In this document: piece by piece, positions 24,774 to 35,032 of the stretch
Numbering within the stretch: position 1 is the stretch's first letter
How the letters are laid out: each line of letters starts with the position of its first letter
Virus record (IMG/VR): IMGVR_UViG_3300025674_000016
Location: 1 to 64,000 of that record
Strand: one strand, 5' to 3'
Length of the DNA stretch: 64,000 bases
Source: a virus
Position numbers and translations under genes: made by a program
The notes under the pieces: model-generated
Told to the model about the DNA's origin: nothing
Databases searched by the model: none
The model's input: only the letters and a program-made list of their open reading frames with translations

Positions 24774-26035
24774 AGCAAAAAATATTAGTTAGGGGACCAG
24801 CCCTAAGTCAAAGTGGGTACGGCGAGCATGCAAGATTTGTCTTGAGGGCTCTAAAAACAAGAGAAGATCTATTTGATATTTTTCTACAAAATATCAATTG
24901 GGGTAGAACAAGTTGGCTCTGGGAGGACACTGAGGAAAGAAGGTGGATCGATAACCTGCTTAACAAGACTATACATTTTAGACAAAGCGGTGGGCAGTTT
25001 GATGTTTCCTTGCAAGTTACCATTCCAAATGAATGGGAGCGCCTAGCGCCCATTAATATTGGCTGTACCGCAGGAATTGAGACAACAAAGATTGCCCCAC
25101 AATGGGTAGAGAAAAGCTATCTCATGGACAAGATTATAGTTGTCTCAGAACACGCAAAATATGGCTTTGTAGAAACTGTGTACAATGCAACAAATTCTCA
25201 AACCGGACAATCTCAATCTGTTTCTGCAAAAGGTCCAATCGAGATTGTAAATTACCCACATAGGCCCGTTGAAGCCTCAGAGATCAATTTAGACTTGAGA
25301 CATGATTTTAACTTTCTTGCCATCTCTCAATGGAGTCCAAGAAAGAATTTAGAAAATACAATTAAGTGGTTTGTTGAAGAGTTTATTGATCAAGAAGTTG
25401 GCTTGGTAGTTAAAACCTCGGTTGCTAACAATTCAAATAATGATTTTCAATTTACAAAAGATAGAATTAAAAGCCTCTTAAGTGACCAAAGATATTCCAA
25501 TAGGAAGTGTTCCGTTCATGTGGTTCATGGTTACATGAAGGACGCAGAGATGTCTGCACTTTATCAACACCCAAAAATCAAAGCTCTTGTGAATATTGCT
25601 CATGGTGAGGGTTATGGTTTGCCCCTATTCGAGGCTGCTGGCTATGGGCTTCCTGTGATAACGATTCCTTGGGGTGGACAAGTTGATTTCCTTTATGTGC
25701 CTGAGCGGCAAGGAAAGAAAAAGAAAATGAAGCGCAAGTTTGCTGAAGTTGAATACACGCTTGGCCATATTCAAAAAGAAGCTCACTGGGAAGGCGTTCT
25801 TCAAAAGGATTCTATGTGGGCTTATGCTGATCAAGGTTCCTATAAGATGACTTTGAGGGACGTTTTCAAAAAGTATGGGGTGTACAAAAAGAGGGCAGAG
25901 GCACTAAAGGAACATATTGAGAATAGTTTTTCCGAAGAGAGAATTTACAAACAATTTAATGACACATTAGCACTTGGACTCTTCAGCACAAATTCGGCAT
26001 CTGAAAGTCCATCAGAAATCAAGATCTTTACTTAA
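24770..26035 (+). CDS. GT4-like (GT-B) glycosyltransferase
   Basis: SGYGEHAR, RKN, HGEGYGLPLFEAAGYGLPVI. Confidence 0.9.
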   Translation: MKQKILVRGPALSQSGYGEHARFVLRALKTREDLFDIFLQNINWGRTSWLWEDTEERRWIDNLLNKTIHFRQSGGQFDVSLQVTIPNEWERLAPINIGCTAGIETTKIAPQWVEKSYLMDKIIVVSEHAKYGFVETVYNATNSQTGQSQSVSAKGPIEIVNYPHRPVEASEINLDLRHDFNFLAISQWSPRKNLENTIKWFVEEFIDQEVGLVVKTSVANNSNNDFQFTKDRIKSLLSDQRYSNRKCSVHVVHGYMKDAEMSALYQHPKIKALVNIAHGEGYGLPLFEAAGYGLPVITIPWGGQVDFLYVPERQGKKKKMKRKFAEVEYTLGHIQKEAHWEGVLQKDSMWAYADQGSYKMTLRDVFKKYGVYKKRAEALKEHIENSFSEERIYKQFNDTLALGLFSTNSASESPSEIKIFT

Positions 26036-26036
26036 T

Positions 26037-27668
26037 ATGAAAATTATAATTATTTCGGATTTTTTTTGTGATGAGGTTCTTGGCGGTGGAGAGATAAATG
26101 ATCAAGTTCTATACGATTGTTTGCTAGAATCTGGCCATGAAGTTTTAAAAATAAAATCACAAGAAGTAGATTTAAAATTTATAAATAAAAATTCTAATGC
26201 AAAGTTTATAGTATCTAATTTTGCATTGTTGAGAGATGATGTCAAAGTTACCTTAGAGTTTTGTGAGTATATAATCTATGAACATGATCACAAATATTTG
26301 ACAACAAGAAACCCAGCAATGTTTAAGGGGTATAGGGCTCCTGACACATTTTTGACAAACGTGTCATTTTATAGAAATGCCAAAGCAGTATTTTGTCAGA
26401 GTAATCTACACTCAGAAATACTTTTAAAAAACATTCCACTAGAAAATATTAGAAATGTTGGTGGAAATTTATGGTCCAATCAACAACTAGATTATATCGC
26501 TAGTTTGACTTCAATCAAAAAAAGAGATAGATTTTCTATTATGGATTCTTCGATTGAGCATAAAAATACAAAAGGAGCTATCTCTTACTGCGAGAAGATT
26601 GGAAAGGAATACGAGTTAATAAAAGGTTCTTATTTTGATTTCTTAAAGGCGATATCTTTAAATGATAAATTGGCGTTTTTTCCAAAAACACCAGAAACTT
26701 TATCTAGATTGGTTGTTGAAGCAAGAATGTTAGAAATAGAGGTTCATACAAACTCTCTAGTTGGTGCCGTATCTGAAGGATGGTTTCACCTTAAGGGACC
26801 GGCATTGATAGACTTTTTAAGGAAAAAGAGACAAGACGTAGTAGACTCAATTAAGGAAACATTTACAGTTGATAAGATATATTATAATATTTTACCAAAT
26901 TTAAAACCAAAAGTTTCTTTGATAACATCCTTATATGACGGTGATTTGTTTATTAGCGATTTTTTGAAAGATATAACAGATCAAACTATATTTGAGGATT
27001 GTGAATTAATAATAGTAGATGCAAATTCCCCTGGAAACGAAAGAGCAGAGATAGAGAAATATCAGAATAGATTTCCTAATATCAAATATCATCGAACTAA
27101 AGATAGAATTAGTATATACTCTGCTTGGAATGTTGGTATAAGCCTTTCTGATGGAAAATATTTATCAAATACAAACCTTGACGATAGGAGATCTAAACAG
27201 CAACTTGAAATACTAGTTGACTTGCTAGAGGAAAATTCCGATCTTGATTTATCATATTCTGAGTGTCTTATGACAAGAAAGCCAAATGAAACTTTTGCTT
27301 ATAATTCATCACTAGGCGAGGTATATCCGGTTTCTTCTTTTTCTAGACAAGCTATGATAAAATGTTTACCTGGGTGCATGCCGGTGTGGAGAAGGGAAGT
27401 CCATGATGCAGTTGGTGTTTTTGATGAAGACTATAAGTATGCAGGGGATTGGGAGATGTGGCTTAGGATGGTCAGGAGGGGGTCAAAATTCATCAAGAAA
27501 GATTGCCCTCTGGGGCTCTATTATATGAACCCAGAAGGACTATCAACTTCTCATAAAAATGAGGTAGAAAGATATAGAGAAGAACAAAAGATTTTCTGGG
27601 AATATACTGATGTCTTCGGAGAAAAAATGACTAGTTTATATGCACAACATTTTGGGAGAAAAGTATGA
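26037..27668 (+). CDS. GT-B-like domain fused to GT2 glycosyltransferase
   Basis: GGGE...PETLSRLVVEARM; KVSLITS...ELIIVDANS...AWN.G...NLDD...FDE....GDWEMWLR. Confidence 0.88.
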   Translation: MKIIIISDFFCDEVLGGGEINDQVLYDCLLESGHEVLKIKSQEVDLKFINKNSNAKFIVSNFALLRDDVKVTLEFCEYIIYEHDHKYLTTRNPAMFKGYRAPDTFLTNVSFYRNAKAVFCQSNLHSEILLKNIPLENIRNVGGNLWSNQQLDYIASLTSIKKRDRFSIMDSSIEHKNTKGAISYCEKIGKEYELIKGSYFDFLKAISLNDKLAFFPKTPETLSRLVVEARMLEIEVHTNSLVGAVSEGWFHLKGPALIDFLRKKRQDVVDSIKETFTVDKIYYNILPNLKPKVSLITSLYDGDLFISDFLKDITDQTIFEDCELIIVDANSPGNERAEIEKYQNRFPNIKYHRTKDRISIYSAWNVGISLSDGKYLSNTNLDDRRSKQQLEILVDLLEENSDLDLSYSECLMTRKPNETFAYNSSLGEVYPVSSFSRQAMIKCLPGCMPVWRREVHDAVGVFDEDYKYAGDWEMWLRMVRRGSKFIKKDCPLGLYYMNPEGLSTSHKNEVERYREEQKIFWEYTDVFGEKMTSLYAQHFGRKV

Positions 27669-28366
27669 GACCATTCAAACCTTCTAGTCTTATAGAGCTA
27701 AATAATAAACAATATTATTACCTAAATGATGATAATCCATCTTTAGGATACACAACATCTGATGTTTCTTTCGTTGCACAACCGCTCTACAACAAGAGTA
27801 CAAATAAGAAATTTAATGTTGTTGCTGTACCGCTTATGATGACTGACGAGTGGTCAATCATGGAAGAAAACCCAGACATTATTCAAGAATTGAGAAGTGT
27901 TGAAAAAGAATACGATTATATGTTTATTGGTCAATGTCATTATATGGGTAGGCAAGTATTTAGAACTCTAAAATTAGATAATTATTACTTTAGAGAGAAC
28001 TCCAAAGGAATTTTTCACTTAAGAGCAGAAGATAAAAAAGTTGAATTAATAAAGTTTTTAAAAGAGATCGCAAAATCAAAATTTATTTTCTGCCCCCGTG
28101 GTGTAGGCTCCAGCTCATTCAGGCTTTATCAAACTATGATGGTTGGGTCAGTCCCTATTGAGACTGGCATGAATGATTATCCCTTTGATGAAGAAGTAGA
28201 TTGGGATACATTTTGTATTAGGGGCGATTTAAGTAATTTATATTCTTTAATTGAAAAAAGTAAGAATATTAATTTTGAATACTTTAGAAATAATGGTATG
28301 GAATTTTGGGATAAGTATTGTCGTCATGATGAAATGAAGAAGAGGCTAGAGGAAAAATATGGCTAG
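27665..28366 (+). CDS. exostosin-like GT47 domain protein
   Basis: SKFIFCPRG.G.SSFRLY.TM..GSVPI.......PF. Confidence 0.8.
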   Translation: MRPFKPSSLIELNNKQYYYLNDDNPSLGYTTSDVSFVAQPLYNKSTNKKFNVVAVPLMMTDEWSIMEENPDIIQELRSVEKEYDYMFIGQCHYMGRQVFRTLKLDNYYFRENSKGIFHLRAEDKKVELIKFLKEIAKSKFIFCPRGVGSSSFRLYQTMMVGSVPIETGMNDYPFDEEVDWDTFCIRGDLSNLYSLIEKSKNINFEYFRNNGMEFWDKYCRHDEMKKRLEEKYG

Positions 28367-29150
28367 GGCGTGCTTGTTTAATGTATATCTTGGCAAATTA
28401 CCTCATTGGATTGAATTTTTTATAAAGAGTGCAAACCACAATCAAGATTACCATTTCTACATTTTCAATGATAATGTGAATAGCGACTATAACGTGGGAA
28501 ATGTTTTTTTAAAGAAGATTAACAAAGATCAAGTTGAAAAAGCAATAAGCAGGAAGTTTAATAAGCAGTATAGTTTGCCAAACACAAGAAAACTGTGTGA
28601 CTGGAAAACCGCATACGGGGTGATATTTTCTGAAATCTCTACAAAATATGAGTTTTGGGGACATTGTGATTTGGACATAGTATGGGGTGATATTTCTAAT
28701 TTTATTGGAGATGATGATTACGACAAATATGACATAATTTCAGGAGACCAAAAAAGATTATGTGGTCCTTTCAATTTATATAAGACATCTTGTAATATTG
28801 ATGTGTGTAAGCATCATCCAAACTGGGAGCACATACTATTTCGCCTTCCGCATGTTGCCTATGACGAAATTGGTCTAGATCTGTCGATAAAAGCCAATTA
28901 TGATAGGAGTAAAATACTGTATGGAATGGGAAGAAACAATTTACCCATGCAGAACTATGGCTCACCAAGTGAGCAACCTCCTTTGAGAGTTCCTGCTAGG
29001 TGGAGACAAGGAGAGTTGAGAATTCTGGAAGATGGCAGGGAAACAATGTTTATACACATGGGCTTTAAAAAGTTAATGAAACCAACAAAGTTTAAAGAAA
29101 GCGAGGAGTTTTTTGTATATAAAGAGGGTATAAAAATATGTCTAATGTGA
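28359..29150 (+). CDS. DUF6625-like putative glycosyltransferase
   Basis: Y.GKLP.W...F..S...N; KLCD.K.AYG.IF; FWGHCDLDIVWG. Confidence 0.75.
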   Translation: MARACLFNVYLGKLPHWIEFFIKSANHNQDYHFYIFNDNVNSDYNVGNVFLKKINKDQVEKAISRKFNKQYSLPNTRKLCDWKTAYGVIFSEISTKYEFWGHCDLDIVWGDISNFIGDDDYDKYDIISGDQKRLCGPFNLYKTSCNIDVCKHHPNWEHILFRLPHVAYDEIGLDLSIKANYDRSKILYGMGRNNLPMQNYGSPSEQPPLRVPARWRQGELRILEDGRETMFIHMGFKKLMKPTKFKESEEFFVYKEGIKICLM

Positions 29151-29725
29151 GAAAAATAACTAGAAGAGGTCCACTTAATAAATCACCTGGTAGTTTTTAT
29201 GGCGGAGTGCCAACTGGCCAGAGGGTCGAGGCGTTTGAAGTGCTAAAGAGAGTCGTCGAGGATTACAAGCCAGAGGCTATTATTGAAATAGGCTTTTGGC
29301 AAGGTGGTATGAGCCTATTTTTATCTGATTTAGATGTTTGTTCTGTATGGTCTTTTGATATTAAAAATTCGAATTATCCTGTTTCAAACAGCAACTTGAA
29401 TATGATAGTAAAAAATTGTCACTCACAAGAAACTAAGATTTATTTAGAACAAATAACAAAAAACAAAAAAACATTGTGGATGATAGACGGGGGCGATAAA
29501 GCAAAAGAATTTAATTTCTTATCGGATATAATCAAGACTGGGGAATTAGCCATGACTCATGACTTCGCACCGGACAAAGAAGGTTTTAATTATTTAGTTG
29601 ATAATAATATTTGGTATTGGTGGGAATCTAGTCTAGATCAGTTAGATCTATCTAGTTTTGAAAATCATGATGATTTTGAATATATTTGGAAAACTTCTGT
29701 TTGGGGGGCGTTTGTAAAACAATGA
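29138..29725 (+). CDS. class I SAM methyltransferase-like (CmcI/Methyltransf_24)
   Basis: IIEIG..QGG; WSFDI; IDGG; THD. Confidence 0.7.
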   Translation: MSNVRKITRRGPLNKSPGSFYGGVPTGQRVEAFEVLKRVVEDYKPEAIIEIGFWQGGMSLFLSDLDVCSVWSFDIKNSNYPVSNSNLNMIVKNCHSQETKIYLEQITKNKKTLWMIDGGDKAKEFNFLSDIIKTGELAMTHDFAPDKEGFNYLVDNNIWYWWESSLDQLDLSSFENHDDFEYIWKTSVWGAFVKQ

Positions 29726-30384
29726 TCGATCTTAATATCTTTACAAACTGCACCGAACAGAACTCAGACTCTGCGGCTTTGATAGAAAGAACTTTCAATT
29801 CATGGAAAAGAGTTTTTTCTGCAAATACAATTAGCGCCCTTAAAGTGTTTATAGACCCAAAACCTAAATCTAAAAACTTTCATTCTTACTCAAGCAAGAT
29901 ACAAACTTTCTTTGAAAAAGAAGGCATGCAATGTTCTGTTTTTGAGACAAATGGATTGGCAGATGGGTATTTAAAATCTACTAAGCTTTGTGACTCGGAC
30001 TATATTTTCCAACTAGAACATGATTGGGAATTTCTTCCATCAATAGTACATGATATTCCACTTTTAATTGAGTGCATGAAAAAGCAACAAATGGAGCATC
30101 TTAGGTTTAATAAAAGAGAGAATATAAATTTAAACGAATCGTTAACTGAAATTCAAGTCGGAGATATTGCTTTTTGTAAAACAAACAAGAGGTCTAACAA
30201 TCCTCACATCATTGATAGGAAAAGCTATCTACAAAGGTGGAATAAGCGTATTGATGTTTCCAATAGACCTAAAAGAGCCGATGGTATAGAAAACATGCTT
30301 GTTGGTGTTGAGGGCTATATTTATGGCCCATTTAGATACCCTAAGCAAATTAATCATATCGACGGCAGGGGTCAAAAAATATGA
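29722..30384 (+). CDS. GT-A fold putative glycosyltransferase
   Basis: DYIFQLEHDWEF, SNNPH, HIDGR; ATGA-coupled start. Confidence 0.65.
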   Translation: MIDLNIFTNCTEQNSDSAALIERTFNSWKRVFSANTISALKVFIDPKPKSKNFHSYSSKIQTFFEKEGMQCSVFETNGLADGYLKSTKLCDSDYIFQLEHDWEFLPSIVHDIPLLIECMKKQQMEHLRFNKRENINLNESLTEIQVGDIAFCKTNKRSNNPHIIDRKSYLQRWNKRIDVSNRPKRADGIENMLVGVEGYIYGPFRYPKQINHIDGRGQKI

Positions 30385-31043
30385 ATTTATTATTAGCGTT
30401 CCCTAGGACAGGCTCAACTTGGACTAGATATATAGTTGAATTTTTTAGTGAAGGAGTTTGTGACGGATATTATGATAACAAGTCAGTTCTAAGTACCATA
30501 AAAGATAACAATATTGATACTTTATATGAAATTAAAAATCAAAATGTTTTTATGACTATGATACACCACCACCATGAAATTAGAAACAGCCCAACAAAGT
30601 TAATCGTGACTCAAAGAAACCCAGTAGAATTACTACCTAGCTTTTACTATAGCAGGAATCATAAAAATAAAAAAATACCAATTAAAAATTTTATGAAAAC
30701 TTTAACTTTTTCTAAACTAAAGAACATTTGTCGTTCTTACAAAGAAAATTTAAATTTTTATAAAAGATTTAAAGGTGAAAAAATTATTTTAAATTATGAA
30801 TTTTTGATGACAGAACCAGAGAAAGAGATAATAAAAATTACAAAATTTTTAAATTGCTACAGTGAAGAGAAAATGAAAAGTTTTATGCATCAATATGAAA
30901 AGCATAAAATAGCGTGTTTGAATTATAAATCCCTGCCAAAACACATGGCGGTCAACACCTCTGGGGAATTGAATAAAATTGAAGAGCTTTTACAGAAAAG
31001 CACAATAGATGATATAATAAATTTTTACAAGGACATTAAATGA
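30381..31043 (+). CDS. sulfotransferase domain protein
   Basis: FPRTGSTW (5'-PSB loop), RNP......S (3'-PB), YE.L..EP..EI.KI..FL. Confidence 0.85.
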   Translation: MNLLLAFPRTGSTWTRYIVEFFSEGVCDGYYDNKSVLSTIKDNNIDTLYEIKNQNVFMTMIHHHHEIRNSPTKLIVTQRNPVELLPSFYYSRNHKNKKIPIKNFMKTLTFSKLKNICRSYKENLNFYKRFKGEKIILNYEFLMTEPEKEIIKITKFLNCYSEEKMKSFMHQYEKHKIACLNYKSLPKHMAVNTSGELNKIEELLQKSTIDDIINFYKDIK

Positions 31044-31522
31044 GTAGCTATATAAACTATGTTTTAAATAACTTTCCTCAAGATACTTGTGTGCTAGAAA
31101 TAGGCGCAGGATTTAGGAGCACAAAGTCTTTCTCTCAGTATTTCAATAAGATGTATAGCATTGAACATGATCATAGTTTTATAGGGCACTATGATAGTGA
31201 ATATTTACACGTTGAAATAAATAACGAAACTGGATGGTATGATGTTGATCAATTTCGTAAAAATTTACCAAAAGATTATGATTTAATAATTCTAGACGGC
31301 CCACAAGGCGGATTCATACCATCCAAACCAAGCAATAAAGAATTTAGGTATGGGTTTTGTAATCTTTTTCAAGATATCAAGAAAAATGTTATAATAATAG
31401 TTGATGATACAGATAGACCTTGGAGAGAAGTAGAGGTTGTAGAATTTTTGAAGAGTAAGGGATATAGAGTAGACGTTAAAGATGGCTTCACGGTTTGCCA
31501 CCCCCAAAAAGAATTAAAATGA
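31040..31522 (+). CDS. class I SAM methyltransferase-like
   Basis: VLEIGAG..ST, SIEHD, YDLIILDGP, IIVDDT.R..E. Confidence 0.8.
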   Translation: MSSYINYVLNNFPQDTCVLEIGAGFRSTKSFSQYFNKMYSIEHDHSFIGHYDSEYLHVEINNETGWYDVDQFRKNLPKDYDLIILDGPQGGFIPSKPSNKEFRYGFCNLFQDIKKNVIIIVDDTDRPWREVEVVEFLKSKGYRVDVKDGFTVCHPQKELK

Positions 31523-32271
31523 AAATAATAACAATTTTTAATTATCCTGATGTCAAAAGATACAATGATATGTGCATAATTTGGGCAACACAAATTAGAA
31601 AATATTGCCCAAAGATAACTGTACAGGTTTTAAGTGAAAACACTGTTCCAACAGTAGTTCAGGATTTTTTATTAAAAAACAATATACAAATTATAAATAA
31701 ACATCGAAAAGATAATATATTTAGTTTTAATTCTGATATATCAAAAAAGGCACAACACAACATTTTTTTTAAAATGTACAATTTGTGTAATGAGGTTGAG
31801 CCGTATATATTTATAGATGCAGATGCATTTCTACTTTCTGATATTGAAGATTTGTTGATAGCATCAAGAGATAAACCTTTCATAGCCGTTAATCATGAAA
31901 AAATCCCTAAACACTGTGCTCACTTACCATACAACTTCTTAAACACCGGCATGATGGTGGTTTCTGATCCATCTTTTTTAAATTTTAATAAAAAGATAGA
32001 AATCCTAAAGAGAGATCGAACTTTCAGATACCCAGGCACAGACCAGTCTCTAGTGAATTCATATGTTAAGGAGCTGGGTTATGATTATGAGCATCCGTTG
32101 GTTGGCTTTGGCTGGAATCATTGCGCTGGCTATACAAAGTTTATTGAAGGCGACATAGCTGTGTCTGCCGGACTCGGATCTGAATATAGAATTAATCTCA
32201 ATCATTATTGGCATGAATTTAAACCTTGGAATGTTAATTGTCCAATCTTTAAAAAACATTTAAGGAAATAA
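31519..32271 (+). CDS. GT8-like (GT-A) glycosyltransferase
   Basis: IFIDADAF, LNTGMMV, DQSLVN, HYW...KPW. Confidence 0.8.
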   Translation: MKIITIFNYPDVKRYNDMCIIWATQIRKYCPKITVQVLSENTVPTVVQDFLLKNNIQIINKHRKDNIFSFNSDISKKAQHNIFFKMYNLCNEVEPYIFIDADAFLLSDIEDLLIASRDKPFIAVNHEKIPKHCAHLPYNFLNTGMMVVSDPSFLNFNKKIEILKRDRTFRYPGTDQSLVNSYVKELGYDYEHPLVGFGWNHCAGYTKFIEGDIAVSAGLGSEYRINLNHYWHEFKPWNVNCPIFKKHLRK

Positions 32272-32272
32272 A

Positions 32273-33169
32273 GTGAAAAAAGCTTTAGTAACTGGTGGCG
32301 CTGGATTTATTGGCTCAAATCTAGTTGATAGATTGATAAATATGAATTTCGAAGTCTTGGTTGTTGATAATGAATCTTCTGATTCGCACGAGTCGTTCTA
32401 TTGGAACGAAAAAGCTTCGAACTATAAACTAGATATCAGAGAGTACTCCAAAATTAGGCCGCTTTTTGATGGAGTTGATTTTGTTTTTCATTTAGCGGCA
32501 GAGTCTAGAATACAGTCTGCCATCGATAATCCTGTTGATGCTGTTTCTACTAATGTGCTTGGTACTTGCAATATTTTACAAGCAGCAAGAGAAGCAAATG
32601 TAGAAAGAGTGATATACTCTTCCACCTCTTCTGCCTACGGGCTAAAAAATACCCCCCCAATGCTTGAAGATATGCCTTCTGATTGTCTGAATCCATACTC
32701 GGTGTCTAAGGTTTGTGGAGAAGAACTATGTAAGGTTTATACTAATCTATTCGGACTAAAAACAATAATATTTAGATATTTTAATGTTTACGGAGAAAGA
32801 CAACCTACAAAAGGTAAATATGCCACAGTTGTTGGCCTTTTTCTCAAGCAGAGAAGAGATGGACAACCAATGACAATAGTTGGAGACGGCCTCCAGACAA
32901 GAGACTTTACTTATGTTGGGGATATTGTGGACGCAAATATTAAAGCAATTTGTGCTACTAGTGGATTTGGAGAAAAATACAATATAGGTTGTGGATCTGA
33001 ATATAGCATATTAGAACTTGCAGAAATGATAGGCGGAGATTATGTTTTCACTGAGTCTAGGATAGGTGAGACTAGAAATACTAGAGCGGATATAACTAAG
33101 GCTGAAAAAAAATTAAATTGGAAGCCAAAAACTAAATTAAAAGACTGGATTGACAGAACGAAAACTTAA
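32273..33169 (+). CDS. NAD-dependent NDP-sugar epimerase (extended SDR)
   Basis: TGGAGFIGS, YSSTSSAYG, YSVSK, RYFNVYG, GDG.QTRDF. Confidence 0.92.
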   Translation: MKKALVTGGAGFIGSNLVDRLINMNFEVLVVDNESSDSHESFYWNEKASNYKLDIREYSKIRPLFDGVDFVFHLAAESRIQSAIDNPVDAVSTNVLGTCNILQAAREANVERVIYSSTSSAYGLKNTPPMLEDMPSDCLNPYSVSKVCGEELCKVYTNLFGLKTIIFRYFNVYGERQPTKGKYATVVGLFLKQRRDGQPMTIVGDGLQTRDFTYVGDIVDANIKAICATSGFGEKYNIGCGSEYSILELAEMIGGDYVFTESRIGETRNTRADITKAEKKLNWKPKTKLKDWIDRTKT

Positions 33170-33178
33170 ATACTATTG

Positions 33179-33187
33179 TGATATAAT
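33179..33187 (+). promoter_or_regulatory. extended -10 promoter TGaTATAAT
   Basis: 19 nt upstream of ATG 33207, with AAGGAG SD in between. Confidence 0.55.
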
Positions 33188-33206
33188 TGCAGAAAGGAGC
33201 TTTAAT

Positions 33207-34259
33207 ATGAAGAAAATATTAGTACTAGGGGCCGGTGGCTTCATTGGTGGAGCAATGGTAAAAAGGTTGAAAAAAGATGGGCATTGGGTTCGAGGTGTAG
33301 ATTTAAAGTATCATGAATTTTTTGATATTACTAAAATTGCAGATGATTTTGTAATTGGAGACTTGAGAGACCCTAGGTTCGTTGCTTCGATTATGATAGC
33401 ACCAAATCAAACTAACAAAAATGATTATCAAAATTCTTTTGATGAGGTTTATCAATTTGCTGCCGATATGGGAGGAGCAGGTTTTGTTTTCACTGGAGAA
33501 AACGATGCAGATATAATGCACAATTCTGCAATTATCAATTTAAATGTTGCAGAACAGTGCGTTAAAAATTCTGTTAAAAAAGTGTTTTATTCATCATCTG
33601 CCTGCATGTATCCAGAACACAACCAAGAAGATCCAGACAATCCAAATTGTAAGGAGGATTCAGCATACCCAGCAAATCCAGATTCAGAGTATGGGTGGGA
33701 AAAGTTGTTTAGTGAGAGATTATGGTTGGCTTTTTCTAGAAATTATAATTTAAACGTCTCGGTAGCTAGATATCATAATATTTTTGGTCCAGAAGGAACT
33801 TGGCAAGGTGGAAGGGAAAAAGCACCAGCGGCTTTTTGTAGGAAAGTCGCCCTAGCATCTAGCGGAGATTCAATTGAAGTTTGGGGACCGGGAACACAAA
33901 CTAGGTCTTTTCTTTATATTGACGAATGTATAGAAGCAACTTTGAGATTGATGAATTCAGAATTTAATGGACCTGTAAATATTGGAAGCGAAGAGATGCT
34001 TTCTATTAATGACTTTGCCGAGATGGCAATTACTATTTCTAGAAAAGATTTATCAATAAATAATATACAAGGAGAAGAATTCTTTAAAAAATATGGTTAC
34101 AAGTGTCCCATTGGGGTCAATGGCAGGAATTCTGACAATGCTCTTTACGAGTGTGAGATTGGTTGGCGAGTATCTCAACCACTTTTGGAAGGTATGAAAA
34201 AAACTTATCAGTGGATCAAGTCCGAGGTTGATAGAACTAGGGTTGTAAATGATGATTGA
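33207..34259 (+). CDS. GDP-mannose 3',5'-epimerase-like SDR
   Basis: GAGGFIG, AADMGGAGF, SSACMYP, YGWEK, HNIFGPEGTW.GGREKAPAAFCRK, GVNGRNSDN. Confidence 0.88.
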   Translation: MKKILVLGAGGFIGGAMVKRLKKDGHWVRGVDLKYHEFFDITKIADDFVIGDLRDPRFVASIMIAPNQTNKNDYQNSFDEVYQFAADMGGAGFVFTGENDADIMHNSAIINLNVAEQCVKNSVKKVFYSSSACMYPEHNQEDPDNPNCKEDSAYPANPDSEYGWEKLFSERLWLAFSRNYNLNVSVARYHNIFGPEGTWQGGREKAPAAFCRKVALASSGDSIEVWGPGTQTRSFLYIDECIEATLRLMNSEFNGPVNIGSEEMLSINDFAEMAITISRKDLSINNIQGEEFFKKYGYKCPIGVNGRNSDNALYECEIGWRVSQPLLEGMKKTYQWIKSEVDRTRVVNDD

Positions 34260-34599
34260 ATATAGACCGTGGGGCAACTACGTCGTATTACATGATGGAG
34301 AAGATTGCAAAGTAAAAAGAATTATCGTAGGACCAGGGCACAGACTGTCCCTACAATCACACGAGTACAGACAAGAGCATTGGATTATTGTTGAAGGCAA
34401 AGGTGTGATGGAAGTCGGCAAAAGCAAACGAAATATCGAAGCAGGCACCGACATCTTTATTCCAAAGCGAACAAAACACAGAATTAAAAACATAGGCGAA
34501 ACAGACCTTGTTTTTATCGAAGTTCAGACAGGCACCTATTTTGGTGAAGACGACATTATTAGATACGAAGACGATTACGGTAGACTGGAGGAAAAATGA
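34249..34599 (+). CDS. type II mannose-6-phosphate isomerase cupin (ManC C-terminal-like)
   Basis: RPWG, VKRI.V.PG.RLSLQSH..R.EHW, EVQTG.Y.GEDDI.R.EDDYGR. Confidence 0.92.
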   Translation: MMIEYRPWGNYVVLHDGEDCKVKRIIVGPGHRLSLQSHEYRQEHWIIVEGKGVMEVGKSKRNIEAGTDIFIPKRTKHRIKNIGETDLVFIEVQTGTYFGEDDIIRYEDDYGRLEEK

Positions 34600-34781
34600 C
34601 ACTATCAAATCAAGCACTAGGCGCTATTATGATGGCGCTGCAAAAAGCACTAATGGAACAATCAGACATTACAAAAACTTTAAAAGGCTTCGAGTTCGTC
34701 CAAGACGACTCAGGTGAATTAATCGTAACCAACCCACCAATTGTTCAGTTGGGCAAAAAAGAACCACACAATCTAGACTGA
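34596..34781 (+). CDS. small hypothetical phage protein
   Basis: 61 aa, GGAGG SD, coupled on both sides. Confidence 0.7.
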   Translation: MTLSNQALGAIMMALQKALMEQSDITKTLKGFEFVQDDSGELIVTNPPIVQLGKKEPHNLD

Positions 34782-35032
34782 TGCCAATTTACACTTACCA
34801 CTGCACAAGTTGCGAAAAGCAGTTTGACAAGTTTCATTCTATGTTGGACACACCAACAACTTGCGATTTGTGCGGAGAACAAGACTGCTTAACAAAACAA
34901 ATTCCAGAACTAAGCAGCATCAAAAAACAAGAAAGTGGGCCTAGAGTGGGAGATATCGTGAAAAAACACATTGAAGAAGCCAAGCGTGATCTCAAAGAGG
35001 ATCGACAACTGGCGATACAGGAGATCGAATAA
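34781..35032 (+). CDS. FmdB-family zinc ribbon protein
   Basis: MPIYTYHCTSC...F...........CDLCG. Confidence 0.85.
   Translation: MPIYTYHCTSCEKQFDKFHSMLDTPTTCDLCGEQDCLTKQIPELSSIKKQESGPRVGDIVKKHIEEAKRDLKEDRQLAIQEIE

Noticed and set aside
23496-34599. Bacterial chromosomal O-antigen/capsule locus
   Set aside because: No wzx/wzy/wzm/wzt or initiating transferase; flanked by and translationally coupled to phage-type genes.
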